DNA of 64,000 nt from assembly GCA_964016885.1 (NCBI GenBank), contig OZ024749.1, positions 25,172,001 through 25,236,000 of the forward strand, read 5' to 3'. The notes beneath the pieces are model-generated. The model made no database searches and was not told the origin of the DNA. It saw only the letters and a program-made list of their open reading frames with translations. Shown in pieces: positions 1 through 16,569 of the stretch; position 1 is the stretch's first letter, and each line of letters begins with the position of its first letter. This stretch comes from Eledone cirrhosa (taxonomy: Eukaryota). Made by a program: the position numbers and the translations under genes.

Positions 1-419
1 TCTTGTTTTATTAATTCTAAAAAAAAAACGAAAACATAACAACAGCAGCAGCAATTGAACAGAGAACAAAACAAAAAGAAAAAACACACAAATATTTATT
101 TCCTCTTCGTAAATTCACAATTCGTTGCTTGAGTCGAAAGAGATATATTTTTGTTTTGTATTTTCTTTCGTAATTTTTTTTAATTTAAACAAAATATAAC
201 TTTCACTTCGTTAAAATAAGAAAATGCCAAAAAGTAAACAAACGGAAATTTTAATGCATATTTAATAATTATCGAAAAATTGAATTGTGAACATGTGAAT
301 TTGAAATGAGGGAATTGAAAATATGGGGTGAAAAATGACGCTAACATTGTATCGATTCATATTTTAATGTATTTGATACTACTATTATTAATATTGCAAG
401 CGAAGGATTTATTCACTCG

Positions 420-725
420 GGGGTAAATTATTTTAGAGCATCGGGTAAATCCTTAGCACTATTTGTTCTGGCGCTTTAAGTTCTAAGTTCATATCGCAGT
501 GAAGTTAGCTTTGACATTCATCTTTACGGTACCGATAAAATATAGTACCAATAACCCAGAGCGGTTGATTAAAACGACTTTCACCTCCTCAAAATTCTTG
601 TTCTTGTGTATAAATCAGAAACCATTGGCGGTGTAAAGTCACAGCCCTTTACGTACTAAGTTCAAATCCGACCATGGTTAGTTTTGCGTTTCATCCTTCT
701 GGTGGTCGATAAAAAGAATTACGAG
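420..725 (+). mobile_element. Two old SINE copies
   Basis: taagttcaaatccg and tttcatccttctggtggtcgataaaa motifs. Confidence 0.6.
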
Positions 726-1329
726 CAATTTAATCAAATTTGCATTTATTTGCATTTATGCAACTATATGTTCCCCAGACAAAACGTGTGTGTTTCTGTA
801 ACCACTTGTACCTTTGTAAGAGAAAATAAAAACCTGTGCTTTTGATGCTATCGGTGCCCTAGTTAAAACGTGGGTGTAACCAACTCTACATTAGTAAAAA
901 CGTGTGTGCACATGGTGTCGTAGTCACAAAAGTGTTTTTGCAGCTATTAGTACCGAAGCTAAAAATGTTTCTTTACAATACCAGAACGAAAAGAAAAAAA
1001 AAACGACTGAAGTGCGTCTCTGCAGTCGTTGCTGCCGTATTTAAATAGAATGTATTTATATAGTCATGGTGCCGTAGATAAAGAACGTGATTTCATGCAG
1101 CCATTTGTGTTACAGATAAAAAGGAAAATGTGTCAATATAGTCATTCTGACTGATAGAAAAATATATATTTCATTCTTGAAATGTCGCTTAATGAAAGCA
1201 TCGTTGGCATAAAAAAATATGTATACACATATATTTAGTTTGAACTATTAGCAATAAGCACCTCATGTATGTATATAAATATAAATACATACACACACCT
1301 AAATATACATACTTACATACATACATAAA

Positions 1330-1410
<81 letters not shown>

Positions 1411-1537
1411 TGAATAGTCGACCAATAGAATGGATCTCAGGAAATTGATCGTTAAAATATATGAAAAGAAGGAACATATATGATTTAAAATATAGAAAAA
1501 ATCATTGTATGCTACTCTCACTCTCTCTCTCTATGTA

Positions 1538-1590
<53 letters not shown>

Positions 1591-1806
1591 CTCCTGCTCT
1601 CTCTCTCCATCTCTCTCTGTCATTCTGTCACAATATTTTTCTCACTCTCTTCTACTTTCTCACTGGTGCTTCAATTGATATTTCACTGATGTAAATACAC
1701 TGATAACCCAGTAGCAATGTGGTGGATATATTTATATATATATATGCGTTTCGCTTATTTCTACCCGCCGAAATCCGATTCTCGGTGAATTTATATTTAT
1801 ATATAC

Positions 1807-1890
<84 letters not shown>

Positions 1891-1932
1891 ATAACCAAAA
1901 TAACAAAACAAATGGCACTGAACACAAGGAAC

Positions 1933-1970
<38 letters not shown>

Positions 1971-2174
1971 CGTTTCTGAATTTGTTTACCAAGATTCTTT
2001 ATCTGAAAACGTGTGTTGAAACCGATATTGTTATACTTTGGGAGGATCATGTTGCCAATGAGAAACACACGCACCAGTATAAATATATATATATCTATAT
2101 ATATATACTGGTGCGTGTGTTTCTTATTGGCAACATGAAACACACTTATTGGCAATACGAAACAATCGCACCAG

Positions 2175-2210
<36 letters not shown>

Positions 2211-2211
<1 letters not shown>

Positions 2212-2480
2212 AGGAGGTGAGTTTTATTGTAGTACAATAAAGCAATGCAGATATCGGATAAGAAGCACTCTACAATTTGTAGGACTGGAGTATACATAAT
2301 ATATAAGATCAAAAGATGGTTATATGTTGATTTAAAACTGTACTATCCACAAGTGTTTTTAACCTTCATATCATGTCCTCCTATTTTATCTTATGAAAAC
2401 ACAAATGTTATTGCATGATGATATTTGTTTTTGAAATGCGCATAATATAATACATGGAACTCATTTAACTATCTTTTGAT

Positions 2481-2490
<10 letters not shown>
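2211..2490. mobile_element. Decayed copy of the same pLTR element as 31182-31570
   Basis: Shares gagttttattgtag.acaataaagcaatgca and gaaatgcgcataat with the 31-kb copy. The hammerhead core is mutated (CTTATGA). Confidence 0.75.
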
Positions 2491-2533
<43 letters not shown>

Positions 2534-2724
2534 GAGTGTGTGTGTGTGTGCATGTATATATATGTACAGAGTACTCGAGCTACACTGGTTATACATGACG
2601 AAATGTCGAAATTTGTTTGAATTCTATGTGAAACTTTAACCAATATTTACCATTTTTTCTTTCATTTCTTAATTGTCGGAATTGTCGTTTTTGTTGTTTT
2701 CCTTGCTGTTCTTTTTTTATCTCC

Positions 2725-4860
2725 ATGTTGTTGTTGTTGTTGTTGTTATTGTAGTTGTTGTTATCGTTGTTTTAATCCTTGTCCTTCTATTTTATCTAAA
2801 TGTTGCTCTTGTTGTTGTTGTTGTTGTTGTTGTTATTGCTGTTGCTGGTAAGAATAGCGATGCTGATGGTTGGTGTTGGGTGGTGAGATTAACTGACGCA
2901 GTGGATGTGTTTGTAATATTTGTTGTAGCATCTTTAGAGGGTGGAGGTAGTGTTGGTGGAGCTGTTGGTGTGGCATGTGGTGGTGGTGGCGGTGGTGGTG
3001 GTGGTGATGGCGGTGGTGCACGTGATGGTGGCGGTGGTGGTGATGGTGGTGGTGATGGTGGTGAAGGTGGGGTTGCATGTGGTGGTGGCGGTGGTGGTGT
3101 TGCATGTGATGGTGGTGGTGGTGGAGGTAGTGTTGGTGGTGATGGTGGTGTTGCATGTGGTGGTGGTGGCGGTGGTGGTGGTGATGGTGGTGGTGCATGT
3201 GGTGGTGGTGGTGCATGTGGTGGTGGCGGTGGTGATGGTGGTGCGTGTGGTGGTGGTGGTGGTGTTGCAATGGTTGTGGTGGTGGTGATGGCGGTGTTGC
3301 ATATGGCGGTGGTGGTGGTGATGGTGGTGTTGCATGTGGTGGTTGTGGTGGTGGAGCTGGTGGTGGCGACGGTGGTGCTGGTGCTGGTGGTGGATGTGGT
3401 GGTGTGGTGGTGGTGATAGTGGTGGTGATGGCGGTGGTGACGATAGTGGTGGTGCTGGTGGTGGATGTGGTGGTGTGTTGGTGGTGATGGTGGTGGTGAT
3501 GGCGGTGGTGACGATAGTGGTGGTGCTGGTGCTGGTGGTGGATGTGGTGGTGTGTTGGTGGTGATGGTGGTGATGATGGCGGTGGTGATGATAGTGGTGG
3601 TGCTGGTGCTGGTGCTGGATGTAGAGGTGTGTTGGTGGTGATGGTGCTGGCGATGGTGGTGGTGACGGTGCTGGTGATGTTGGTGGTAACGATAGTGATG
3701 TTGCTGGTGCTGGTGGTGGATGTGGTTGTGTGTTGGTGGTGATGGTGGTGGTGATGGCGGTGGTGACGATAGTGGTGGTGGTGCTGGTACTGATGGTGGA
3801 TGTGGTGGTGTGTTGGTGGTGATGGTGCTGGTGATGGTGGTGGTTGTAGTGTGTTATTGTCGGTGGAGAATGGGAAGAGATGGTTAATTGTGGTGCTGTT
3901 GGAGCTGTTGGTGGTGGTTGTAGAGCTGGTGGTGGTGATGGCGTTGGTGATGGCCATGGTGGTGGTGATGGCGTTGGGGATGGTCATGGTGGTCGTGATG
4001 GCGTTGGGGATGGTCATGGTGGTGGTGATGGCGTTGGAGATGGCCATGGTGGTGGTGATGGCGTTGGGGATGGTCATGGTGGTGGTGATGGCGTTGGTGA
4101 TGGTCATGGTGGTGATGATGGCGTTCGTGATGGCCATGGTGGTGGTGATGGCGTTGGTGATGGCCATGGTGGTGATGATGGCGTTGGTGATGGTCATGGT
4201 GGTGGTGATGGCGTTGGTGATGGTCATGGTGGTGGTGGTGATGGCGTTGGTGATGGCCATAGTGGTGGTGATGGCGTTGGGGATGGTGGTGGTGATGGCG
4301 TTGGGGATGGTCATGGTAGTGTTGATGGCGTTGGTGATGGTCCTGATGGTGATGATGGCGTTGGTGATGGTCCTGATAGTGATGATGGTGTTGGTGATGG
4401 TGCTGGCGGTGTGTGATGAGAAAATTATAGTGGCGGTTGTGGTTTTAGTGATTGTGGTAGTAGAGGCTCGGATTTGGTGGTGCTGTTGGTAGTGGTGATA
4501 GTAGTGGTGGTGCTGGTGTTGGTGGTGAGATGATAGTAGTTGTGGTGGTAGTGGTGGTGGTGGTGGTGGTGGCGGTGGTGAAGATGGTGGTCTGGGTGTT
4601 GGTAGAGGATGGAAGGTGATGGTAGTGTTGGTAGAAAGAGTGGTGGTGGTGGTGGTGGTGGTGGTGTTAGTAGTGGTGATGCTAGTTGTGATTGTCGTGG
4701 TGGTGGATAGTGAGATAATAGTAGTTGCGGCGGTTGTGGTGGTGGTGAAGCTGGTGGTCTGTGTGTTAGTGGAGGATGGAGGGTGGAAGTGTATGGCAGT
4801 GTTAGTATTAATAGTGGTGGTGATGGCGGCGCTGCTGGTGCTGGTGACGGTGTTGGTTTG
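2725..4860. repeat. (GTT/GGT)n-derived low-complexity tract with a 30-bp minisatellite (~3930-4400)
   Basis: The unit ggtggtgatggcgttggtgatggccatggt repeats about 14 times. Confidence 0.9.
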
Positions 4861-5339
4861 GTAATTTTCTTTTATATATTATTTTGTAAAAGTATTTATT
4901 TATTCTCGCTGAATGAAACAGTTTTCAATGGAAATCTATGGAAAATATGACTCGATAATTTTGATGATTTTTATTCAAGCCATGTTACTAATAAAACCAT
5001 ATTCAGTACTATGAAAGACTTGACTAAGCTTTCAACAGAGCAACAGAGAGATGTTTTAATATAGCTTCAAAGGGGAGAAAAAATGTATAACACAGCGAGA
5101 TAAAAGAAAAAGTGACAGAGAGAGAGAACAACTACAAAGCATAGAAGGTGTGCAAGAGAGAGTTAGAGTGAGAGAAGGATGGATAAATAGAGAAAGGTAG
5201 AGAGAGAGAGAGAGTGTCAGAGTGATAGAGCGAGTAAAAGCATGTATTTTGAAACCTTTCGTAAGTTATTCATTATATTAATCTAAATAATGAAAAATGT
5301 ATAGATACATTGAAAAATAATATAGGAAACTAAATATCA

Positions 5340-7800
<2,461 letters not shown>

Positions 7801-8074
7801 GGAAAGGGATGTATCTGTACATTTCTTTCATTTTTCATTTCACTCTTGTTTTATGGTTGTAGTAAATGATCTGAAAAAAAATCTTATTTAAGTGATTTAG
7901 TGGACTTCTAAGGTTTCTGAAGCGGGCTGTTTACAATTTTATATCTGATATAGCGTCAATCCCTCAGTATCGTGCCTCACATGGATAGCTGCTGCTCATG
8001 CGTTCTTTTCATATATATTATATTAAGTCTCTAAAGATTTGCAAACGTTGAGCCCGACGTTATTAATTATATAA

Positions 8075-8268
8075 GACGGTGGATTGGCAGTATCGTTAGT
8101 GGGTCGACCGCCATGCTTTGCCGTAAACAGTTACGGCCCTTTCCATTCTGAGTTCAAATCCCGCCGAGGTTAACTTTGCCTTTCATCCTTACGGGGTCGA
8201 TAAAATAAAGTACCAGTAATACACTGGTTAATTGCTGCCCTTGTGCCAAAAGTAGAAACAATTAATTA
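8075..8268 (+). mobile_element. tRNA-derived SINE
   Basis: Matches the 17013 consensus over its full length. Confidence 0.88.
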
Positions 8269-8289
8269 TATATTACTTTTTTACTTTTG

Positions 8290-8825
8290 TACTTGTTCCC
8301 GCCATTCCACAAAGACCATGCCGGGGCACCGCAATTGTTGCTAGATTTTCTATCTCCAGCCTTTGTTAGCTGTCCATTGGTGTAAGAGGGAATTCGTTGC
8401 CGCTGCCCTTGGTTTACCTTCGGAACGTGCTGGGGACTAATCCGGTATCCTGGATAGCAGAGTGCTAAGAGGTTTCTTGAAATCCTCCACGTCCACATCA
8501 GGCATATCTCTCAAATTTCTTGGCAGCTTGTTGAAGATATGATTTGCTTTTGGAACCCAGGCTATTGCAATATCAGCTCCTTATTCTAGATGTGAAAAAT
8601 TTCCTGTTCGGGTGTTGGTCCAGCTCTCAAAGACGACCTTTGGTGCTAGTACCTCCAGGATTTTCCATATGAACATCACCTATATATATGTATATCGCCT
8701 ATCTCTCCCGTCTTCCTTCCATGGTGTTGAGTTTCAGTTCTTTTAGCCTCTCCCAGTAGCTCATCTCCTTCATCGTTGCAATCATCTTGGTGTAGCTTCG
8801 TTGGATTGCCTCAAACTCCGTGGTT
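8290..8825 (-). mobile_element. CR1/L2-group LINE 3' remnant
   Basis: Peptides are EAIQRSYTKMI...SYWERLKELKL..MEGRRER, WKILE and IFNKLPRNLRD...FKK. Confidence 0.75.
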
Positions 8826-9497
8826 ATATAAATATATATATATGTGTGTGTGCTTGTGTGTGTGGGTGTGGATGTGTGTATGTGTGAGTGGGTGTGTATG
8901 TGTGAGTGTTTGCGTGTAGAAGATCCATGCCTCTCTTGATGACGAAACGGACACACATGAATATTTTTTCATGGTATCAAGCAACCCCGTTTCAAGATTC
9001 GTTAATTTTTTATCAGAAACACCCACTTAGAACATGCTGTCGTGGAATAGAATATATTTTATGGAGGAGAATGAAAAAAAAGTAATTTTTTTCGTTTCGT
9101 TACGTAACGAAAAATGTTCCTCGTCACCGAGGCTACCCATATGTTTATTGTATATAAGCGTATTATATATGTTTATATATCTCTTTAAATACATCTTAAA
9201 TATGAAGATATGAAGATATACAGATAATAATAACCCGAATGGAGATCCGGAAAACAGAAAGCGATTTTACAAGCGAGTTATGTGTGTATGATAAAAATCA
9301 AAACCCAGACACATATATGTCTAAACCTGAGGTTGCAGTATACAGAGATAGACCACTACTATGCACAGCATATATATTAGGGAGATTACACTCAATAAAA
9401 TTGAGAATCATAACACCAAACAATAACACTGCATGTCACCAAAGGGCACAACGCTGTGCTCAGTACTGCAATGACAGCATGTAATGAGAATAATATT

Positions 9498-9940
9498 AAT
9501 AATTGTTTTTCTTTTTGGCACAAGGCCAGCAATTAACCAGCGCATTATTGGTACTTTTTTTATCGACCCCGTAAGGATTAAAGGCAAAGTTAACCTTACA
9601 GGATTTGAACTCAGACCGTAAAGGGGGGTAACTCTATGATGCAATGCATGGCGTCCAACCCTCTACCGATAATAATAATAAATGGATACTCTACCGATAC
9701 TGCCAACTTACCGCCCTCAGAATGGCAATAATAATTGTTTTTCATAGCACAAGGTCAGCACTTTTGGGGGAGGGGAAAGTCGACTAAAACGACACCAGTT
9801 CGTGACTGGTACTTTATTTTATCGACTCCGTAAGGATGAAAGAAAGGCAAAGTTAACCTCGGCAGAATTTGAACTCAGACCGTAAAGGGGCGTAACTCGA
9901 TGATGCAATGCATGGCATCCAACCCTCCACCGATAATAAT
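9498..9940 (-). mobile_element. Two to three nested SINE copies
   Basis: Reverse-complement matches to the SINE consensus. Confidence 0.85.
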
Positions 9941-10491
9941 AATAAATGCAATGATCATACAACACGTTAAAATACGTTGCCAAGTCAAAACTAGGGACAG
10001 AAACAAAAATGTAATGTGAAAGTAAATTTGGTGCAACAAAGAATTTTATTAAGAAAAACAAATGAAAAAGAAACCGGGTGCAAAATAGCTGTAAAAGAAT
10101 TGAAATACGCCGTAGTTAATTTTTAATTTTAGCAGTTTAAATGCATGTTTTGGCATCTGTGATTGTTTTTGTTCAATGATATTCTAGATGGCTGAATTCA
10201 TTGTTTTCATCTGTGTTATTTTGATTTAAAAAAATTGTAAATAGAAGAGTTTTATAACTTTAGGAATAATATTAAGGATACAAATATTTCAGGTTTGTTG
10301 GCGATTATTTTCTTCAAAATTTCGTTTCAAATATTTTTTTCTAATTTTATGTTTATATTATTTGATTTTAACAAATCCTTAAATACTAATACTCTCGCTC
10401 ACGTTTTCTTCTTTATCTTTTATACAAATCTGCAAGAATGCCTCGATGACAAGAAACCCCTTCTGTGAAAAGAGGATAAGAGATTACCACG

Positions 10492-11100
10492 GTTAATGTG
10501 GCTGCTGTTGTTTTTGTTACTGTGGTTGTTTTTGCTGTTGTTGTCATCGTTGATTGTTTTTCTTTTTTTTTTTTGATCGAGGCGGGTTACTGTTGTTTTT
10601 GCTGTGGTTGTTGCTGTGGTTGGTTAATTGTTGCTGTAGTTGTAGTTGTGTTTCCTTGCTGTAGGTGGCGGCATTCTTGTTATTGTCTTAGTTGTTTTGT
10701 TATTAATGGTGCGGTTGCTATTGTTGTTTTTGTTGCTGATGTTGTTGTTTTTGTTGTTGTTTTTATCGTCGATTTTTTTTTCTTTTTGGGGAGTGGTTTG
10801 GGGGATTGTTACAGTCGTTGTTGGTTAATTGTTGCTATAGTTCTAGTTGTTGTTGTGTTTCGTTGCTGCTGGTGGTGGCGTTGTTGTTATTGTCTTAGTT
10901 CTTTTGTTATTAATGATGTGGCTGCTGTTGTTGTTTTTGTTGTTGTTGTCATCGTTGATTTTTTTTGTGGGGGCCGGGGCTGTTACGGTTGTTGTTGCTC
11001 TTGGTTAATAGTTGTTGTTGTTGTAGTTGTTGTTGTCTTTCGTTGCTGTTGATGGCGGCGTTGTTGTTACGTCTTAGTTGTTTTGTTATTAATGATGTGG
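10492..11100. repeat. About three tandem ~200-bp GTT-rich units
   Basis: Recurring tgtcttagttgttttgttattaatg and tggttaattgttgct anchors. Confidence 0.7.
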
Positions 11101-11720
11101 CTGCTGAAGTTGCTGCTTTGTCTTTGTTAGTATTGTTTGGTTTTGTTACTGGCATTGTTTTTGTTGTTTTTGTTATTGTTCTTGTTGACGTTACTTCAGT
11201 TGGGAGCTGTTTTGTTTAATGGCGGTGGGGTTGTCATTGTTGTTGCCACTATTGACATGGTGGTGGTTGATGGGAATGTTGATGGGAGGTTATTCGTTGG
11301 AATTTTTGCTCTTGTTACTGTTATGGCTGCTGCTGTTGTTGTTGCTGTGGTTAAGTGTGGTTTATTGTTTGTTGTTTTCCGGAGTGTTTGTCATCATGTA
11401 TTAATTGTTATTGTATCGCTTGTCAATCTAAAGTGTGGGTGGAGGGGGGGGATGACAAAGACCCTGTAGGTGATCAGAAAAACAGAGAGACATGCTGAGA
11501 AGGAAACAAACATAACAATAAGGGAGTCGGTGAGGAAGAAGACCAACCATATGGCGAAAAGGGGAGTGTGTGAACAAGGGGGACGGGGTGAGTGTTTTTG
11601 AGCCAAAGGGAAAGTGAGTGAGTGTATTTGGGCGAGAGCGAAATAGAGTGAGATGTGAGTGTGAGAAAGAGTGTAATGGACAGGCGTATGACGAGAGTGT
11701 AAGAGAAAGAGACGGAAAAT

Positions 11721-11806
<86 letters not shown>

Positions 11807-11937
11807 GAGTGAGAAGGAGAGAAAACCTAGTTGATTAGAAAAGTAGAAGAGACTGCAGATTATAAAGATTATAAAAAGAGATACAAACATGAGTAGGGAG
11901 AGAGAGAAAGAGCGACAGAGAGAGACATAGAGAGAGC

Positions 11938-11968
<31 letters not shown>

Positions 11969-11991
11969 TGAGAAAGAGAGAGAGAGAGAGA

Positions 11992-12061
<70 letters not shown>

Positions 12062-12509
12062 ACAGAGCGAGAGAGAGAGCGAAAAAGAAAAATCTGTGAG
12101 AGACGGGAGGAGATATGACAGCCGCCTCAAGAAACGAACTACAAGAGAGGGTAAGGTTGTGCCTGGATATTCAAAATGAAATAACATTTTAGTTCGCCAA
12201 ATATTCATTCTATATTTCGTTTTCATTTCCTTATCACTGTCTTGCTAACAATCATTAACTCTTTCCTTCTCGCCGTATATATACATATATACGTCTGTGA
12301 CTGTGTGCGCCGGAATGTGTGTTTAGCCGTATGTTAAAACTGACACCGGTAAAGAGGAAAAAGATAACGGCGTGTGTGTGTTTGTGTGTTTATATGTATG
12401 TATATACATATATATCTATATATACACCTCCCCCCACATGCCCCTCCTATATATATATATATATTATATATGTATATATGTATATATGCATATGTATTTT
12501 ACATGAATG

Positions 12510-12568
<59 letters not shown>

Positions 12569-13521
12569 TATAGATAGATAGATAGATAGATAGACAATGG
12601 AGGTGCGTGTGCGCATCTTTGTATAATTCTCTCACTTATATATTTGTTCCACCAATGTTACAGTCCTTACTCCAATTTAATACTTTCTCTTATCCTTCCA
12701 GCAGCATACATTATCCACCCCTCTCTCTTCCCCTATATATATCCCTCTCTCTCGCTCCCCTGCTCTCTGCCCCTCTCCTTTTCCCTTGTTTACCCACAGC
12801 CATCTCTCCATCCCTCATCCGATCTCTCCCTCATAGTTCAATTTTCTCACTGGGGATTAAATTATCACTTTAGTTTTCAAGGTTAACGATTTTAAAATGG
12901 CAGGAATGATAATGCATGATGTTCACACCATTCAAAAAGACATTAGCGGTAACATTAAATAATAATAACCACACTAATAATAAAAATAATTATAATAATA
13001 ATAATAATGTTAATAATAATAATAATAATATTTCAAAACAATTTCAAGAATTCGATTCTAGTGAATTTTATCAAATGTTATATGACATGACCAAATTGTT
13101 TTAGAATAATTTACCGGAGCGAACAATGACTTCCTTTGTTAGTGCAATGTAGTGTTAAAATGTTCCAATAGAAAACAGTGTGACATTTATATTTTAAAAT
13201 ACACCACAAAATCCGAGGTGTTGTCATAAACTTCCAGGTATAGCCCTGAAAAATAGAACGTTGATTTTAACTAAAAAGAAATTAACAAAAGAAAAAATAA
13301 TGTTTGTTATTATCAGAAAATTCCTGAGCCAGGCCTAGAAAATGTGTATGCTGTTGTATCAGATAGTTAGTTACCAGATTGTAGGAGTTTCATGTGATAT
13401 TCTATATTTTAGGTATGAATAAACCCGGGCAAATCCGGGTAATGCTGCTACTTGTATATAATTAAACAAATATATAGTTACAGTCCACATTGTGCGCTGT
13501 AATGATATCACTTTATCACGA

Positions 13522-13552
<31 letters not shown>

Positions 13553-13589
13553 CAGTATTTTCCGTTGTGTTGTAACATTCAAATCTTTC

Positions 13590-13682
<93 letters not shown>

Positions 13683-13772
13683 ATATATATGTATATATAT
13701 ATAAATATATATATGTGTATATATATTTGTGTGTATATATATATATATATATGTGTGTGTATATATATAATG

Positions 13773-13804
<32 letters not shown>

Positions 13805-13990
13805 GGAGTGTGTGTCTATGTGTTTGGATATATATATTGTTATATTTGGGAGATTCATGTTGCCAATAAAAACACACGCACCTGTTGATTTTCTTTTCAA
13901 CTTATAAACTTCCAGCTTGTTAGTTTAAATGTTTATTGTCATACATTCTGCGACATACTCAACAACTAATCTGTTCTGTCGAACACCACC

Positions 13991-14032
<42 letters not shown>

Positions 14033-14037
<5 letters not shown>

Positions 14038-14224
14038 AACGAGTAGGACCCCGACGGATTAGCTCAAGCCGTTTCGACGGCTAATTCTGGACTGAATTAG
14101 CCGTCGAAACGGCTTGAGCTCAGCCGTCGGGGTCCTACTCGTTCCTATTACCCACTCTACTACCCTAAGTATTGAGTACTTTGGTGCGTTATGGTCCACC
14201 TGGTTCCTTACCACATTTCCTTCG

Positions 14225-14228
<4 letters not shown>
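14033..14228. mobile_element. (TA)n-embedded short element with a 55-bp-arm hairpin; family also at ~16049, 18443, 20479, 22037, 27490 and 54930
   Basis: The inverted repeat is 14033-14087 / 14094-14148. The copies share the tail ttacccactctactaccctaagtattgagtact...ggttccttaccacatttccttcg. Confidence 0.78.
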
Positions 14229-14261
<33 letters not shown>

Positions 14262-14268
<7 letters not shown>

Positions 14269-16045
14269 AGATCAAAAGATGGTTAAAAGAGTTCTAAGTA
14301 TTTTATTATGCGCAAATATCATCATGGGATGATATCTGCGTTCTCATCAGATAAAATAGGGAGACATAATATGAAGCTTAAAAAACACTTGTGAGTAGTG
14401 AAGTTTTAAATCAACATATGAAAAATAAACTAAGATGGATATATGAGATTGGGAATAAAATGAGGAGGGGGGGGGGGTGAGGAGTATAACAAGAAGGATG
14501 AGACAGGAGGAGAAATGGGTGACAGATAGAGAGAAATAGCCTTTACCACTGAGAAAACATTGTCTCACAGAGAGAAATTAAAAAACCATTGGAAGATAAT
14601 AGATAATTTAAAAGATTTTGAAATTCAAAGTTAATGAGGTTTATGCATGAAGAAAAAGGAATTAAGAATACTATTAAATTAAGGTTTGAATATTGAAGGT
14701 TTTAATAATATGTGCGAAAAAAAGAATTTATTAATATCTATTATTAAAATAAAAATATTAATGATATTAAGGATATAATGTGAAAGAAGGAGAAGATTGA
14801 ATGAGTTATGAACTTAGAGGAATTAGTTAGGGTTTAAGTTTGTTTTTATGTATTGTAATATGTAAAAGTAAAAGTAAATAGTAGGTTTAAAACGAGCATG
14901 GAAGGAGAGAAGAAAGAAGAAAAATTTAAGGAAGAAAAAAATTATCTAACGTCAAAAAGTATATATGTTTACGAAAATCTTCTAATGGTAATACTATAAT
15001 GTATTAAAAGAAAAAAATATATAGTTTTAATGGCCAATAATATGAGGAAAGATGGAAAAATGGATAATGCTGTCGTGAGTAATAATATGAATTGAGAAGT
15101 AATTGGAAAGAAATAGTACAGGTTAGAGATTAGAGATTAAAAGAGAAAAAAGGAAGAAAGGAAAATGATAAAGAAGAAGGATAGGGGATTATAACGACAT
15201 ATAATGAGTAAATTGTATTATATAATATATAATACTGAAATAAGGTAGAAAGATGGGTATATTTGTAAAAGATATATAAGCCTTTGAGAGATGAGGATTT
15301 TAAACTAATAACGTATTGAGATATTAACTGTATACTTTATGGAATGTTCTATGGGATTTATGAAAGCAGAGCGAAAATAAATCTGTGAGTCTATTTATTA
15401 TAGAATTGAAATTAGATATAATGGTAAATTTCTCGGCTAGGCAGAGATTACATGTTCTGGATAGGGAAGAATTCAGGTAAGGAAAGGCGGAGCAAACCTT
15501 CATCCAAGAGATGTCGTAGTTAATATTTTTTTGTCTTTTAAGGACCGTATGAGTTCCGAGAGTGCCGTGTTAGTTATTTTATGTTGGTATTTAAAAGACG
15601 ATTAGTGATTATAAAATCTAGCTTTGAAGGAAGTGGAAATGGAACCGAAATAGGTAAAAGAATTAGTATCGGTTATAACCTTACATTCATACACTAAGTT
15701 TTTATCAAGACAATGGTTATTAATAGGGCAATTACAATTACGATTAGAGAAATTAACAGAGTGACCTAGTATTATTTATAGAAGGAATTGGATTGGAGAA
15801 GTTATTTACGATAGGAACAATAGTTTCCTGATTTAGATTGGTATTATGAACATTCAACGAAGTTACGTTTGACGTCGTATTTAAATTTACAGAATCTAGC
15901 CGAATTAACAATGACGTCGGGTATATTACTGCTATTATTATGACGCTCAGTGTTGGAAGGATGCAATTTGTTATTTAATATTTTATTGTTGTGTTTAGAG
16001 ATAATGTTAGAGATGTTGGAAGTGGTGGAATAAGAAAATGTTTAT
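14262..16045 (-). mobile_element. 5'-truncated Penelope-like element (GIY-YIG remnant, 3'UTR and pLTR)
   Basis: Manual minus-strand translation gives ISYSTTSNISNIISKHNNKIL...CPINNHCLDKNLVYECKV..TYFGSISTSFKARFYNH*SSF...W...AFPY...CNLCLAEKF...LFSLCFH. The terminal repeat at 14262-14390 recurs at 2.2 and 31.3 kb. Confidence 0.85.
15320..16045 (-). pseudogene. GIY-YIG endonuclease domain remnant of a Penelope-like element
   Basis: LVY...YFG, R..NH, CNLC..EK and terminal C.H motifs are present, with internal stops and frameshifts. It is not in the ORF track. Confidence 0.82.
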
Positions 16046-16082
16046 ATATAACGAAGTTGTGGTAAGGAACCAGATGGACCAT

Positions 16083-16113
<31 letters not shown>

Positions 16114-16569
16114 CATACATATACATATATATACACACATACATATATATTGATATCTTCAACGTTATCTAAGACTAGGGGTAAAATGCAAGAGTGATTG
16201 CAAAGCTAGACTATAGAAATAACGAACCCTAAATGAGGAACACACATATTGCTGACTTCACGATACATCTACTGATTTATCACATTAGTTTTTCTCCTTT
16301 TTAAAATACGATCGGTATTAAAAGAAATCAACATGCAAGAACGGGAGGAAACATACACACGTCACTGGTGATGTCACAGTTGCCTGACGAAATATTTCTG
16401 AGAAAGTATATTTATATCTATATTTTTTATCTGTTGATCAATAAATGATAATTATTGATTGCCAGTTGAATTAATTTTACAAATACTCTTAAACAAATGT
16501 ACCGAAGCGAAAACCAACCAAAACCAGGCATTATATTTTACTATATTTTTCTGACAATATTATAACAAG

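Noticed and set aside
2833-4314. 493-aa Thr/His/Pro-rich ORF (and overlapping Gly/Val-rich ORFs) resembling a mucin or His-rich protein
   Set aside because: It arises from a (GGT)n-derived minisatellite that is open in several frames on both strands, with no unique domain or splice evidence.
10427-10495. Possible small exon after a polypyrimidine tract; similar candidates at ~12881-12948 and ~57403-57423
   Set aside because: The splice signals are weak and no recognisable protein results. They cannot be supported without transcript data.
16360-16405. Additional hammerhead-like strings (16365 CTGGTGA...GAAA; ~2003; ~55415 minus; ~58688)
   Set aside because: Core mutations and poor stem I/III pairing make them too degenerate to call.
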